This document shows, one piece after another, positions 61,871 through 64,000 of a stretch of DNA of 64,000 nucleotides. How positions within the stretch are numbered: position 1 is the stretch's first letter; every line of letters begins with the position of its first letter. This DNA comes from Macrostomum lignano (lineage: Eukaryota), in contig NIVC01002398.1 of NCBI GenBank assembly GCA_002269645.1, positions 25,872 through 89,871 on the forward strand, in the 5' to 3' direction. The translations under genes and the position numbers were made by a program. The notes beneath the pieces were generated by a model. That model was not told the origin of the DNA, made no database searches, and saw only the letters and a program-made list of their open reading frames with translations.

Positions 61871-62767
61871 TTTTTGCCTGGACCCTTATTTGTCCTTTGT
61901 CAGTTTCCAATAGATAGAAAATCAGCTAAGATTGTTTAATTTTCAAAGTAGAGTCAATTTACAGCATGAAGGCAAGTTGTTGTTATTTGCAATGGCAGAT
62001 GTTTAACAGACAGGCAGCTATGCAAACAGGATGCCAAATTGAAAAATAGGTATTGCAAACATTTAAGTTCAATAAAAATTTATGTAGGAATATGCAGGAT
62101 TTAAAGAACTCTATGAATTGTCAATTTGGCTAATCTTTAAACATGGAATCAGTAGACTTTTGCAACTTCATTGGGTTAAGAGACAATATTAAAAATTGGT
62201 AGGGATGTATTTATATTTGATTTTGAACTTTTTAACTGCCTGACACTAGCCAGAATATTGGTTTTCAATTTGGCATTTAGAATTAGGCCAATAATCGCAA
62301 ATAGTATTGCAATTTTAATGCTTAAAAAACCTTTAAAAATATACAAAATATACAATTTTGCCTTGAACTAAAAATGCGCAATATGTTGGTAGACTTAAAT
62401 CCCATTTTCCCCTTGCTCTGGCTGTGGGTGTTGTGTACAAGTTCTCTTATTCTATTGACACCTATACACCAGAGTTAGAGAGCATTGGTTGAAAAGGTTG
62501 GCTATCTAAGACCACCTGCTCTGTTGCAATAGTTGTTGCAATATTAAGCAAACTCAGCAGTTTAAAATTATTGATTATTGTAGGACTGACTTTAGGCTCA
62601 ATATACTTGAATCCATGTAAATCAAAAACCAGAAACTAAATCTAAATATTTAACTTTCTCACAGTGGTATGGCCCATTTACTCAAGGTATTCTAAGTGAA
62701 GGCACAAACCTAATCATTGTACTTACAATCTCTGCTCACTTACTTTGAACATTCTGCCCCCATACAT

Positions 62768-62923
62768 GTGCAACCTTGGGATTTACTTGGCTATTTCTAT
62801 TGGCAACACGCACATGTAAGTTGCTATTGGCTGAGAGTAGTCATGTGACTACTATTCTATCTAATAGCAACTTATGTGTGTGTGTTGCCAATAGAAATGG
62901 CCGAGTGAATCCCAAGGTTGCAC
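62768..62923. repeat. ~156-bp foldback (61-bp arms plus inner stem); MITE-like or RNA hairpin
   Basis: The left arm gtgcaaccttgggatttacttggctatttctattggcaacacgcacatgtaagttgctatt matches the reverse complement of the right arm at 55 of 61 positions. Inner agtagtca-tg-tgactact. Confidence 0.9.
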
Positions 62924-64000
62924 CCAAGCATATCTGCCCCTGATATGTATGCCCCTGGACTATATAATAAACTTTTCTTCTCTATTTATCTCTTATAAAA
63001 GTTGTTGCATTAGTGAAAATATTTTAAACCCTAAAGATAGCCCTTGTTGGACCAAAACAAATTGGAAAAATTTAATCCAACTTAATCTATATAGATTTTC
63101 ACATTTATTTTACTACTTAAATAAAATAAAAAATATTTTTTTCTTGAAAAGTTAAATAAAATTTGGGCGCTCAAACTAATTAGCTATAATAATTACTTAG
63201 ATTTTTTCATGTTATCTTCAAAGCATATATAGATGTAAAACAAAACTTAAAATATAATATAGTTACCTCACTTAATATTTCATATAATACTATGATTGAT
63301 AGATTAATTAATAAAAAGCTAGAATATAGACATAGATTGATTTTAGTCATTTTTTAAAGATTATTAATATAGTTAAATATTTACTATCAAATTTATATTA
63401 AATAATTTATTTTGTAATATAAAATAATTAAATACATTAAATAAAAAAATACAAAATATAAAAATCTCTAATGTCAATGATATCTAGTAAAAATTCTGAT
63501 ATATTTCTATATAGCAAAAAACACTGTCATACTACTTTTAGTAACTTGAATATTTTTAATTACTGCAATACTTTAGCACATAGACAGAATTATAAAAGTT
63601 TTTACAATTGTAGAAATGCAAAAAGAAACAATACCATACCCAGTCTATATCACTTATAAAGATAAGGATTGCATGATTATATCTAATGTTTTATAGACCA
63701 TTGAAATATAGCCTATTAGCATAGGCATAAGAATATTTTTTTAAAGTGGATAGGCTAGGTACCATTGAAAACTCTATCTATTTAAAAAAATAAGACAATG
63801 GCTTTCTAGCCCTCCCATTTTGATACTTATGGGCTTATGATATAATTATGCATATGCAGCACTTGGCTAACCTAGCCAGCTTGTAAAGGTCTCAACTAAG
63901 GTAACTTGTAAAAATGCCACCACAAAAAATACAGATATAGTATTTATTAGATCTAGTATAGAATATAGTATTTAAAATGTCATTTGGTATTCATGAGTAG

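Overview
Eukaryotic (animal) genomic DNA with spliced genes. The gene style and extreme intronic minisatellite load suggest a free-living flatworm such as Macrostomum, but this is inference only. All supported genes lie on the minus strand. Left third (1-22 kb): a compact, short-intron (78-109 nt) birth-and-death cluster of secreted proteins. It contains one PAN/apple-like + F-type (fucose) lectin gene and a tandemly duplicated family encoding signal peptide + PAN/apple-like + ALK/LTK-type glycine-rich domain with no transmembrane or kinase part (one intact copy, one with a single nonsense codon, one decayed copy, two fragments). These are interspersed with tRNA-derived SINEs and decayed non-LTR retrotransposons (RTE-like RT, RNase H). 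Right two thirds: three housekeeping genes, galactokinase (4 exons), XRCC1 (3 exons) and SEC16 (10 exons, ~2470 aa). In them 12 of 14 coding-region introns carry their own private minisatellite (units ~21-40 bp), several sharing a GGG(C/G)GATTCT-like core. A related repeat expansion has entered the SEC16 reading frame. The very long ORFs in the ORF track at 24-27, 32-35 and 39.5-42 kb are stop-free minisatellite artefacts. A ~156-bp near-perfect foldback lies upstream of SEC16. All exon coordinates were derived by hand from GT/AG signals and frame continuity.
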